NCBI GenBank assembly: GCA_030390025.1 | Contig: CM059432.1 | Span: 89,530,001 to 89,594,000, forward strand | DNA length: 64,000 nucleotides | From: Squalus acanthias | Taxonomy: Eukaryota | Reading direction: 5' to 3' | Part shown: in pieces, positions 11,811 to 23,847 of the stretch | Position numbering within the stretch: position 1 is the first letter of the stretch | How the letters are laid out: each line of letters begins with the position of its first letter | The notes under the pieces: model-generated | Seen by the model: only the letters and a program-made list of their open reading frames with translations | What the model was told of the DNA's origin: nothing | Database searches by the model: none | Position numbers and translations under genes: made by a program

Positions 11811-13590
11811 CCTATTCAGTTGTCATGTTAGCGTAGTCCTCACTAACTCTAACAATAGGAAACCAGAACTATTAAACAATAATGAAAAGTTGAATATATG
11901 TTGACATTAATATTGGATTTTTAGCTCTGAATCCCAAATTATTCTAGTCAGTGACCCCTTTTGAATCAACAAATTTCTGTATGATACAACCACGCTTACT
12001 ATGTATGAAATGTATTGACACTAATCTTACTCACCAATGTTCCTTATAACTGTCCAATCTGTAAAATTCGTAACTCATGTTAAATGAACTTTATAGCAAG
12101 ACAGATTTGTTTAATAGATGAAGAATTAGATTGCAGGCTCTTGTTAACCAACATGATTAAAAGAGAATTCTCTACATAAATTCTTAACTATTGCCGAAAG
12201 CCTCCACAGCTGTCATAAGGTAATAAGTCCTACTTTCTTAGTCTTGCCCATATCTTCATTTTGTCCGGTTGTCCAATCAGTGGTATCCCAAAAATTCCAG
12301 TAAAACATTAAGCAGGTTAAGAAATAGCACTAGGTTGAGCAACAACTGTTATTTTTATACAACATATATGTGAGTTTATTTACCAATGATAATTTATTTT
12401 TTGTTACCAGTACGTTTACTTTCTCTGAATATGAAGGCCTAAGAAAGAAGTAAACAAACATACTTGACCAAGCAAGATAAATCAATTTTAGAATCTTTCT
12501 ATTCTAACATTGCCACCTTGTTAAAAAGCCTAACCAAAGTGCCTGCTGAGAGAGTGAAAATCGTGGGCTGAAGGTACTCTCCCTTCAACTTCTCCAGGTT
12601 AGGAAAAACACCACAAGGGTAAGGGATTAGTTGTTGGAGTTAGTGAGGACTACAATAACATGGCAACTGCTTAAGATATGTGTTAAGGTTAGGGAACATG
12701 TCCCTGTGATGAAAATAAGAGATCATCACATTTCAAATCATAAGAAAGTCAATATTTTCTTTTAATATTTATTTGTAAGAGGGAATGCTCATCTAGTTGA
12801 TTATACAAAGTTGCCAGTAAACTCAAAAAGCAAATATGATGAAATGGAAAGCTTCATAACCGGCTGTGCTAATTGCAACCTTGGTTACTTATCTAGTTCT
12901 ATGAATGGTCAGTTGAGTCAGACAGAGTCTAGAGGGCCTTATAATGTTAATGATTTTTAATTGCAAAGCCATCAGCGTTAATCAAAACTCTCCCTGATAA
13001 TCTTCTGTTTAGCTATCAGTCTACAAATAGGTACTTTAGGAAGTGTTTCTTTCTGAATAGTTGGGGGCGATTTTCCCAGCCCCGAGGAGGCGGGTTTGGA
13101 GGCGGGACAGTTGGCAAAATCGCAAAAAGTGAGGGCGGGTTCGGAACCCGCCTCCAATCCGCCTCCGTGCAATTTTGCCGGTGGCGGGTTTGATAGGTGC
13201 GATTCGGTCCCGCCTTCCTCAGTCGGGAGAGGTAGTTAAGACCCTTAAATAGTCATTAAGGGCCTCTATAATCCTATTTTGACAAACCTTTGTTATTTTG
13301 CCACTTTTTGTGCATGTCGCACGGCCCTCCTAAACCATGCCAGCTAATCCTGGCGGGTTGACAAGTGGGTAGGCCTCCTCACAGCTGCAGCTCCACCATT
13401 AAAACGGAGCTTTCATCAGGGATCAGTTGCAGGTGGCAGAACTTTTGTTCCAAAGGTCTTTCAGAACTTTTAGCAGGCCTACCAAAGTCGGAGGTGCTGC
13501 AGCTTCTATCTCTCAACTGTGGGACCTCCTTGGAAGACCCTCTCCCTGCTTGGACTGAGCGCTTCCCCAACGGAGGTATCTGCCAGCAGC

Positions 13591-14813
13591 ATGGGAACCA
13601 TTTATTTCCTTTCACCGTGGACCTCAGAGTCGGATGAGGAGCAGCCACGGCAGCAGCAGAACCAGGCAGCTCAGCAGCAACAGCAGCAGGAGCCCCAACC
13701 TCCTGCTCACCCACCTGATGCTGCACAGGGCAGAAGGCGCCAGCACATGGAAGCACGTCACCGCAGGAGATACCCCCCTCTCAGAGTTTACAGACAGAGG
13801 ATGAGCTACCTCAACATGAGTGAGCAGCAGTGCCAAAGAAGGATGAGACTTTCGCGAGAGGTTGTCGGAGTCATCTGCGCACTGCTGCAGCAAGACCTGG
13901 TGCCCAGAGGAACGGGTGGACACCCCTTACCAGTGGCTGTCAAAGTCACCACCGCACTCAACTTTTTTGCCTCAGGCTCCTTCCAGGGATCATCAGCAGA
14001 CATCAGCGGCATCTCCCAGTTGGCCACCCACAGTTGCATCAAGCAGGTTACCGATACCCTTTTCGCAAAGGCGCACAATTACATCCACTTCTCAAGGGAT
14101 CAAGCAAGTGTAACCACGCGTTCAGTTGGCTTTGCAAATATGGCAGGCTTGCCAATGGTGCAGGGCGTTATAGACTGCACACATGTGGCCCTTAGGGCAC
14201 CCCATCACAACCCAGCTATCTTTGTCAACCACAAGGGCTTCCACTCCCTCAACGTACAGCTGGTGAGTAACCACAAGAAGGAGATTTTGCATGTTTGCGC
14301 CAAGTTCTGTGGTAGTTGCCATGACTCATTCATCCTGCGGAACTCTTGTGTTCCTCCGCTCTTCAATCCGCCAAACCAACTTAACGGATGGCTCCTTGGT
14401 GACAAGGGCTACCCCTGAAGAAGTGGCTAATGACGCCGATCAGGAGGCCAGCTAACGAGGCTGAAGAGTGCTACAACACCAGCCACATTTCGACCAGGTC
14501 CATCATCGAGCAAACCATTGGATTGCTGAAGATGTGATTCCGATGCCTTGACAGATCAGGTGGAGCCCTGCAGTATTCAGCAGCCAGGGTCTCCAGAATG
14601 GTTGTGGTCTGCTGTGCACTGCACAACATGGCACAGCGTCGTGGCTTGCAGCTTCCTGATGAGCAAGTGGCTCAGTTCATAGCCTCCTCAGATGATGAGG
14701 AGGAGGAGGAGGAGGAGGAGGACTGAGCGGTGGCGTATCAACCAGCAGCAGCACGCGAGCACATAGCTGCCCATGATGCAAGGGATGCACTCATCCTGGT
14801 CAGATTTGCATAG
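13591..14813 (+). pseudogene. HARBI1-like transposase (1-bp deletion after GDKGYP, internal stop near 14535)
   Basis: ATG at 13591 matches the copy-1 start. [25 protein letters not shown] and LLGDKGYP are present, then [19 protein letters not shown] in another frame. Confidence 0.93.
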
Positions 14814-15070
14814 GTTGCCCAATGTGGCACATGTGCTTGGCTCCTTCTTAACACATGATAGACAATGGACATGACTCTCTGGCCTCCTTTCATTCTGACC
14901 ACAAACCTGACCACGCAAGTGTCGCGGAGCCCGCAATGTGGAGCTGCCTAAGGCGAAATAACAGATGCAATCACGCCAACAGTTTGCCATCACCTCATTT
15001 TTATACATTCAAACAGGGATGGCATTTCATCAATAAACAGAAACAATCACCCAAGTGCCTACCCCTGTGA

Positions 15071-17018
15071 CTAATGGTGCTTTATTTTTCTCTTACGCGT
15101 GCTCCTACGTGGTGCTCCCCCTGTGGCTTCAGCAGAAGTGGAGGCCCCTTGCTCACTTTCATGCTGCTCCTGCTTCAATACCTTTGGCGGGCATCCTCTG
15201 GGTTTCCGAGCCTGTGAGGGCTCGGCAAACGTCTGCTCATCCTGCGGCAGTGCAGGGGCTGAGACGCCCACCTCAGTTGGGTGCGGACTCTGGTGGGGCT
15301 CTGACCAAGGGCTACGGAGTGGCATGGAAGTGTGAGCGCTTGGAGAGGAGCCTCCACTTCCTTGTTCTCTGTCACCAACTTCCCTATCATGGGTCAGGTC
15401 TACCTCAGCGCTTGCAAGTGGCTTGAGAGCACATTGCTGCACATCAGGGGGGGCCACGGGGAGCTGTATCTGCACTGGCAGTCCTACTCAAAAAGACTTC
15501 CATGAAGCTTTGGTTTCTCTGCTCAATAGCTGCCCATTGCTCCTCCAGAGATGTCAGTCTATTCTGAACATTCACCATGTTTTTCAGACACTGGCGACTT
15601 ATTTCCTCTATGGCCGTAGCCAGCCTTTCCACGGAGGTTGCCATCCTTTCCGTGGTGGTGCGTTGATGCTCCATTGCCTCCACAAAGGCACTGCTCATGT
15701 TAGAGTTGGACTCCTCCATCCTCTCCACACTCGCAGTGACCCTGGAGACAAAACCTGTCAGAGACTCCTGCACCTGCTCCTGGAGTTCCAGCACCACTCT
15801 CCTTCTGGATGGACCCAGAGGCACAGGGTCCACATGCAGCAGAGCAATGCTCAGAGAGTCCTGCGACCTCCGACGAGGACTCTCCACTGCTGTCCCTGTC
15901 TCCACCACCTGTTGATACTCACTTGTGAGATGTGATACACACGGTGACAACACCACTCTATGTCCCAAAGGTCGCACCGAGGTGTGCGTATCTGCGCTGG
16001 TGCTGGGTGCGCTTAATTCTGCTGACCCTGCGTCCTCAGAGGTTGCAGGTTCCCGAGGAGTCTTGCTGCTCAGCCTCTTCCTCGTCGACAGTGTGGGGGG
16101 GGGGAGCTCTGTGGATGGTCCTGTGGGGGAGTAAAGGCATGGGTTAGACATTTGACGGAAGTGTGGCATGCACATGCAATAGTGCAGATGCTCAAGTGGC
16201 ATTCTAATAATGTACACTAGCAGCCATTTCAGTCACTCAAGCAGTGTAAATGAGAGAGACGCAAAACTATTCTGTCACCAGCTTGGTCTGCATCGCCCGT
16301 CTGTCCGTCCCCCACTTCCACCTCCACCTCTGCGCCGGTGATGTCCATGGCCTCCTCTTCAGCCTGGGTGAGAAGGGCGAGGGAAGGTGGCCATCCTCCT
16401 GTCTTTGCCCTTTCCCTTCTATTGTGGGCTCTCTTTTCCTGCAGTGAGGGAGACAAGTGGAGTTGGAGTGAGAATGATGGAGTGAGTGTAGAGAGTCCAG
16501 AGCATAGATGCTTAGAAGGAGACAAAGATGGAGTGAGGTTCCATGTCCAAGGGCTCTCCCTGTGCATTGTTAGTCGTTGTCATTGCATAACATTGAAAGG
16601 GAGTGCGAGGGCAGTATAGTCGAATAGTGAAGTGATTGAGTTCATAGAGTGAGAGGGATGGTGAAGAGTGCAAGGGTTGTAAGGGTAAAGTGGGATGTGT
16701 AGGAGGAGGTTGACAATGCAGTGTGCTGGTGATGAGAGGAGAAGGGGAGCAGAAGGAGGGTCAAGCTGAAGGTATACTCACTTTGCCTGATCTTACAAGG
16801 TCATTGAATCTTTTACGGCACTGCAGCCATGTCCTGTTGCACACCGATCTGGAGGTTATATCCCTTGCCAGCTGGACCCACACAGCCTTGGTTTCTTTGG
16901 GAGGCCTCTTCCTCCCAGATGAGGGGAAGAGCACCTCCCTGCTGGCTCGCGCCCCCTCAACCAGCATACCCAGCGCCTCATCCAAAAACCTCGGGGCCCT
17001 TGCCTTGGAGCTGGCCAT
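15071..17018 (-). pseudogene. Myb/SANT-like gene, exons 17018-16782, 16438-16279, 16120-15071; one frameshift in the G-run near 15447
   Basis: GT/AG sites with compatible phases (237 nt phase 0, 160 nt phase 1). RAPRF...RTWLQCRKRFNDL trihelix motif. Exon 2 has the same 160-nt length in copy 4. Confidence 0.9.
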
Positions 17019-17361
17019 TCTTCAAGGAGATAACAGTTTGGAGGTGGTGCACCATCGACCAAAAACCAGTGGAATGAGCCAAGGCAGCAAGCAGCCCTTA
17101 AATGAAGCTGGATAAGTGACGTCAGCAGAGGCGAGTTTCAGTCCCAAAAGTCTAATTGGCCCAGGGGAACCCACACCTCTGAAAGTAACTGGCCAATTAG
17201 GGGAAAATCGCAATTTTTTCTCACCTGACAGTGGAGGCGGGTTTGGAACCCACCCAAACCGAAACCCGCTTCCAAGCCACCTCCATTGGGAAAATTGCGC
17301 CCGATGTGTTCAAATGTGCATGACAGTTATTTGTCAATCACCCTATTTTCTCCTGAGATTG

Positions 17362-19447
17362 AGAACATAAGAACATAAGAAATAGGAGCAGGAGTAGGCC
17401 AATTGGCCCCGCGAGCCTACTCCGGCATTCAATAAGATCATGGCTGATCTGATCCTAACCGCCAATCTACTATCACAGAACCATCTCCTGAACCTAACAG
17501 AATTGGACACACGAAATAGGAGCAGGATCAGGCTACACGGCCCCTGGGCCCGCTACGCTACCCACAGGGCCATGACCGATCCGAACCTAGACTCATGTCC
17601 AAATTCCTGCCGACTCCCCGTAACCCTTAATTCCCTTTACTTCTAGGAAACTGTCTATTTCTGTTTTAAATTTATGTAATGATGTAGCTTCTACAGCTTT
17701 TTGGGGCAGCATATTCCATGGACCTACCACCCTCTGAGTGAAGTAGTTCCTTCTCATCTCAATTTTGAAAGAGCAGCCCCTTATTCTAAGACTATGCCCC
17801 CTAGTTCTAGTTTCACCCATCATCGGGAACATCCTCCCCGCATCCACCCGATCCAACCCCTTCACAATCTTATATGTTTCAATAAGATCGCCTCTCATTC
17901 TTCTGAACTCCAATGAGTATAGTCCCAATCTACCCAACCTCTCCTCATATGTCCATCCCCTCATCCCCGGGATTAACCGAGTGAACCTTCTTTGTACTGA
18001 CTCGAGAGCAAGTATGTCTTTTCTTAAGTATGGACACCAAAACTGTATGCAGTATTCCAGGTGTGGTCTCACCAATACCTTGTACAACTGAAGCAATACC
18101 TCCCTATTTTTATATTCTATCCCCCTAGCAATGAAAGCCAACATTCCATTGGCCTTCTTAATCACTTGCTGCACCTGCATACTAACCTTTTGAGTTTCGT
18201 GCACCAGGACCCCCAGATCCCTTTGTACTTCAGTACTTTCCAGTTTCTTGCCATTAAGATAATAACTTGCTCTACTATTTTTCCTGCCAAAGTGCATAAC
18301 CTCACACTTTCCAGTATTGTATTTCATCTGCCAAATCTCTGCCCACTTACTTAGCCTGTCTATGTCCTCTTGCAGATTTTTTATGTCCTCCTCACTCACT
18401 ACTTTCCCTCCCATCTTAGTATCATCTGCAAACTTTGATATGTTACACTCGGTCCCCTCCTCCAAATCGTTAATATAGATTGTAAAGAGTTGGGGACCCA
18501 GCACTGACCCCTGCGGAACACCACTAGTTACTGATTGCCAGTCTGAGAATGAACCATCTATCCCAACTCTCTGCCTTCTGTTAGATAGCCAATCCTCTAT
18601 CCATGCCAAAATATTACCCCCAATCCCGTGATTTTTTATCTTAAGCAATAATCTTTTGTGTGGCACCTTGTCAAATGCCTTTTGGAAGTCTAAATACACC
18701 ACATCCACTGGTTCCCCTTTATCCACCCTGTATGTTACTTCCTCAAAGAACTCCAGCAAATTTGTCAAACATGACTTCCCCTTCATAAAACCATGCTGAC
18801 TTTGTCCTATTAAATTATGATTATCCAAATGTCCCATTACTGTCTCCTTAATAATGGACTCCAAAATTTTACCTACCACAGATGTTAGGCTAACCGGTCT
18901 ATAGTTTCCAGCCTTCTGTCTACTGCCCTTTTTAAATAAGGGTGTTACATTAGTAGTTTTCCAGTCTGCCAGGATCTTTGCTGAGTCCAGGGAGTTTTGG
19001 AATATTATTACCAATGCATCCACAATTCCTACCGCCACTTCCCTCAAGACCCTAGGATGTAAGCCATCAGGTCCAGGTGATTTATCCGCCTTGAGTCCCA
19101 TTATTTTACCAAATATCACTCCTTAGTGATTTTGATTGTGTTTAGCTCCTCCCCCCCCTATAGCCCCTTGTTTGTCCAGTGTTGGGATATTCTTAGTGTC
19201 CTCTACTGTAAAGACTGATACAAAATATCCATTCAGTGTATTTGCCATCTCCATATTTCCCACCATTAATTTCCCGGTCTCATCCTTAAGGGACCAACAT
19301 TTACTTTCGCCACCCTTTTTCTTTTTATATAACTATAAAAACTCTTACTATCTGTTTTTATATTTTTTGCTAATTTACTTTCATAATCTATCTTCCCTTT
19401 CTTAATCAATCTTTTTGTTATTTTTTGCTGTCTTTTAAAGTTTTCCC
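17362..19447 (-). mobile_element. CR1 LINE, 5'-truncated, young; RT domain open over 17593-19119
   Basis: KSPGPDG, NYRPVSLTS, YLDFQKAFDKVPH, GVPQGSVLGP and KFADDTK motifs; octamer tail. Confidence 0.97.
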
Positions 19448-20221
19448 AGGGGCATGCAGGGTTATAATTCCATAAAGAGTCCCTGCTCCTCAGTTCTCTT
19501 GCATCACTATACTGCAGCTCATACGGAGATGGTCTCTTGAAGTTTTGTGAGTTATTATGCATCCCCATGTTTAAGAATTTCAGTACAGATGTTAGTGTAG
19601 GTTTAGTATTATCAGCAAACTTGTGAACTGTCACATCTTTTGTTATTTTTGTGTCCAAAGTGGGAGCATGAGTTAAAAGTTCTGTAAAAAAAAATGCAAG
19701 CTACTATATTGTCTTTTGCTATCGCTTATTTGTTATTTTGATAATCCTGTTCCAGTTTAAACCCTAAGCCACAGTCCAATAAAATGTTTATTCTTCTACT
19801 ATCCAATATCTAGGAAATTGTGCAAAGACCCATATGATATCTAGTAAACTAAACAGTTATAGTAAGGGTTTCGGGACAATGCTACTATATCAGACATTGA
19901 ATTTGTACGGTCACACTCGGGAGTTAGGGCTTGGTTATGGAAGTGCTTGTTAGCACTGAGCATGAGAGAAATGTCTAAGGGCTATTTTGTTGAAGTCATG
20001 CTCCTAATGTAGTGCCTTGCTCTCTAGGTGCACATATCAGAAGTTCGGGCACATGCTGCCCGTGACTTCCCAACCAGAAGAGGAAATTTTTTTAATGATC
20101 CCTCTGCAGTAAAGCCTAAAATTGTAGCCATTCCATCAAGGAAGTGCCACAGATTGGAGACCTGTGAGCTTCGTTCAGATCAGACGGCACTTAACTTGAG
20201 TCTACAAACAATAGAAGGAAG

Positions 20222-21465
20222 TTTTGAGGAGGTAACAAGGAGGGTCGATGAGGGTAGTGCGTTTGATGTAATATATATGGATTTTAGCAAGGCTTTTGAT
20301 AAGGTCCCGCATGGCAGACTGGTCACGAAAGTAAAAGCCCATGGGATCCAAGGCAAAGTGGCAAGTTGGATCCAAAATTGGCTCAGAGGCAGGAAACAAA
20401 GGGTAATGGTCAAAGGGTGCGTTTGTGACTGGAAGGCTGTTTCAAGTGGGGATTAGCAGGGCTCAGTACTGGGTCCTTTGCTTTTTGTGGTATATATCAA
20501 TGATTTGGACTTGAATGTAGGAAGTATGATAAAGAAGTTTGCAGATGTTACAAAAATTGGCCGTATGGTTGATAATGAAGAAGAAAGCTGCAGACTGCAG
20601 GAAGATAGCAATGGACTGGTCAGGTGGGCAGAACAGTGGCAAATGGAATTCAATCTGGAGAAGTGTGAGGTAATGCATTTGGGGAGGGCTAACAAGGCAA
20701 GGGAATACATTATAAATGGTAGGACACTGAGAAGTGCAGAAGATCAGAGGGACCTTGGAGTGCATGTCCACAGATCCCTGAAGGTAGCAGGACAGGTAGA
20801 TAAGGTGGTTAAGAAGGCATATGGGATACTTGCCTTTATTAGCTGAGGCATAGAATATAAGAGCAGGGAGGTTATGCTTGAACTGTAGAAAACACTAGTT
20901 AGGCCGCAGCGAGAATACTGCATGCAATTCTGGTCACCACATTACAGGAAGGATGTGACTGCACTAGAGGGGGTGCAGAGGAGATTTACGAGGATGTTGC
21001 CTGGGCTGGGGAATTTTAGCTATGAGGAAAGATTGGATAGGCTGGAGTTGTTTTCTTTGGAACAGAGGAGGCTGAGGGGAGACCTAATTGAGGTGTATAA
21101 AATTATGAGGGACCTCGATAGAGTGGATATGAAGGACCTATTTCCCTTACCAGAAGGGTCAATAACCAGGGGGCATAGATTTAAAGTAATTGGTCGGAGG
21201 TTTAGAGGGGATTTGAGGAGAAATCTTTTCACCCAGAGGGTGGTGGGGGTTTGGAACTCACTGCCTGAAAGGGTGGTAGAGGCAGAGACCCTCATCACAT
21301 TTAAAAAGTACTTGGATATGCACTTGAAGTGCCATAATCTACAAGGCTACGGACCAAGTGCTGGAAAGTGGGATTAGGGTGAATAGCTCTTTGTCGGCCG
21401 GCACGGATAAGATGGGCCGAATGGCCTCCTTCTGTGCTGTAAATTTCTAGGATTCTATGATTCTA
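20222..21465 (+). mobile_element. CR1 LINE of a second subfamily, 5'-truncated, with stops
   Basis: YMDFSKAFDKVPHGRL, KFADVTK and RRLRGDLIEVYKI motifs; tail ATTCTATGATTCTA. Confidence 0.95.
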
Positions 21466-22130
21466 AGCTAGATGTAGCAATGCCTAGTGGATTTCAGCAC
21501 CAACTCCGAGTCTACCAAGAGTGAGCCAGCATTGATTGATGCCGAAATCCAATTGATGGGAAAGTGCTAGTAGAAAACAAGCACTTGGTCAGCTCTAGTG
21601 TCAAGTTATCTGGGGACACAGCAGCAGTACTCAAGAGGTTTTCCAATGCTGGCACAAATTATGGCCAACTTGAACAGTCACATTGAAGGACTGCAGCATC
21701 ACTAACAGTTGAAAGAGCATGAGCATCAGCAAATACTTCTGAGGGCATAAACTCATATTCTTGCACTACCCAGTATTGGATGGGTTTTAATGCCAGTGGA
21801 TATTAAAGGCCACCATAACTACCAAGAACCATCTTCAACATTACCAAAAAACAATGGACATGGTACAGCTATAAGGTTACATCTCCCTCCCTTCATGAGA
21901 CTACCAACAATCAGATGGCATTTACTATTATTTATTATATGTACTAGGCTAACTTCCTCTCTCATTACTTTGTGTTGCTGTTTCTTTCTGTCTTTCCTCT
22001 AATGCTTCTGTCTCTTTCCTCTGCTGCTTCTCTCCCTTTAACTCTTCTTTATGCTCTTCTCTCTGTATCTTCTTTTTTATTCTTTCCATGGTGTGTCAGA
22101 GAAAGGTACCATCAATATCCACAGGCTGCA

Positions 22131-22635
22131 TTTGGGGTGGGGAATGCTGATGTCATCAGGACTCGACTGCTATTGTAACCATGGGCCTGAGTGGGGAAAA
22201 TATTTTCCAGCCAGGTAAAGCTAGTGGCAAGAGAAACCAGAGCCAGAAGGGTCCCAAAGAGATAAGTCTTTTTAACTTTTTCTAACTTGCCTTGTGAGGC
22301 TGAGAGGAGCAGGAGTGCTCCTCTGTGTCCCACAAGGAAAGTTTCGACATCCCCTGCTCTGACTCACCCCTGGTCCCCGCCGATCAATAGAAACCCCCCC
22401 AAAACCCCTTTCCTGCAGATCCCCATCGGTGGCCTCCTGCTGCCCAACATTGTGCTCCGTCCACTGGCCAGCTGCTGCTTCCCACCGGTTTCGTGTGGGA
22501 ATCTGACCAGTGGCATACAGATGAGGCCCGGGAATTAAAATAGCCTGGGCCTCATGCTGACAAGATCAGGACGGTTTGCTGCCTGCCTTTGATGCCCCCA
22601 CCCCCCAAACTCCAGCCCTGAGGTAGAATCGGGGC
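22131..22635. mobile_element. Degenerate GC-rich Harbinger-type MITE fragment
   Basis: Shares the GGAGCAGGAGTGCTCC...CCCACAAG core with 27880-27920 and 57890-57930 (opposite strand). Ends in the TIR-like GGTAGAATCGGGGC. Confidence 0.55.
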
Positions 22636-23847
22636 TATTGTATCCAAACTAATTTTCAGATTAATCAACCTGAGCTTGTAGACAATTCATTTCCAGGACT
22701 CTGTTTTGAAATTGCATAATGAAGGACAACTTTAATTTTAACTCTAGCCATTTTAATACTGTAAGAAATAAAATAGAGAGCTGCTTATCTTGTCACAATG
22801 CGATTGCTAATTCTAAATTCTTGATAACTTAATGCTTCTTGAGCATCACAAATTCTCATGCACTACAGCCACAGAATATATTAGATTGTGCAAAGGTTTC
22901 ATCTCTGAAAAATAAAATTGAGTTTAATAATTATTTTTCTGTCCACCCTCTGCAAATGGTGCTGCATAAGTACTAAGGCAATGCACGCCAGTGCAAATAT
23001 ACATGTAAAGAGAGGGATGGCAGCTTATTGGTTATTTGGCTGAACTGATACATGGGAAAGTTGTTCTGTGCTCTCACATCTTTGACTTCTCTTGGAGGAT
23101 AAATACATAGGTCTTTATCTAAGGTACCAGCAAATGATCGACATAGCACAGTTCTCAGTGTGGATCCTTATTATAACCAAAGAGCAGTTCTCAGCAATAT
23201 CCTGTCAGCAATAGATATTGAGTCACAACTGGGGGTGACATTAATTCTGACTCAAACTGAAAGGCTTTTTGTGTCTTTTACATTTTGCAGTTCTTGATCA
23301 TATATTGGACATTTGAACAATTGCGAGCATTTCTCAGCATGTTACATTTTCATCTTTCAACAATATGCAATTTAAAAGAAAATCACCAAATCCGTTCACA
23401 CTTTCTTATTTCCTGAAGCACTTCTATATAGTTATCTCAGAGTTGTTAGCATTTAAACAAGCGAAACACCATTTAATGTATGGGACAAACCACAACTCAA
23501 AGGTATATGTGGAGAAAGGCAAAGAGAGCACACACCTATTCTGAAAAAACCAAGGACTCATTTTCAGGATGCTAAGTTTCTTTCTCAGTTTAGGTAACAA
23601 CTGCTGTAAGTGTTTTTAAATTAGCTACTTGGTCAATAAAGATTGAAATGTTTTTTTGGAAAGCGTTGGACTCACAATCTATGGATTGGCGTAATGGTGA
23701 TTTTCATTTTAAAGGGCACAATGATGTGATCTTGGGATAGAATTTCCACAGGGGTTGTCCTGAGCTTCTGCTGTAACTCCACCAGAAGATTGGCAGAAGC
23801 CCCCAAAGAAATGGTGAAACAGCCATTTATGCCAGTTCTCTGGGACA

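Larger units (their letters stand above)
13063..17302 (+). mobile_element. PIF/Harbinger transposon copy 2, full length (about 4.2 kb), the most intact copy
   Basis: TIRs GGGGGCGATTTTCCC and GGGAAAATTGCGCCC match 13/15. Flanks are GTT/GAT. Both genes are present. Confidence 0.95.

Noticed and set aside
13519..14418. Domesticated host gene HARBI1 (and NAIF1 for the Myb ORFs)
   Set aside because: Multiple copies, TIRs, TSDs and disabling mutations indicate transposon copies.
17593..19119. Active RT gene or retron-like system
   Set aside because: Ordinary 5'-truncated CR1 lacking ORF1 and the endonuclease.
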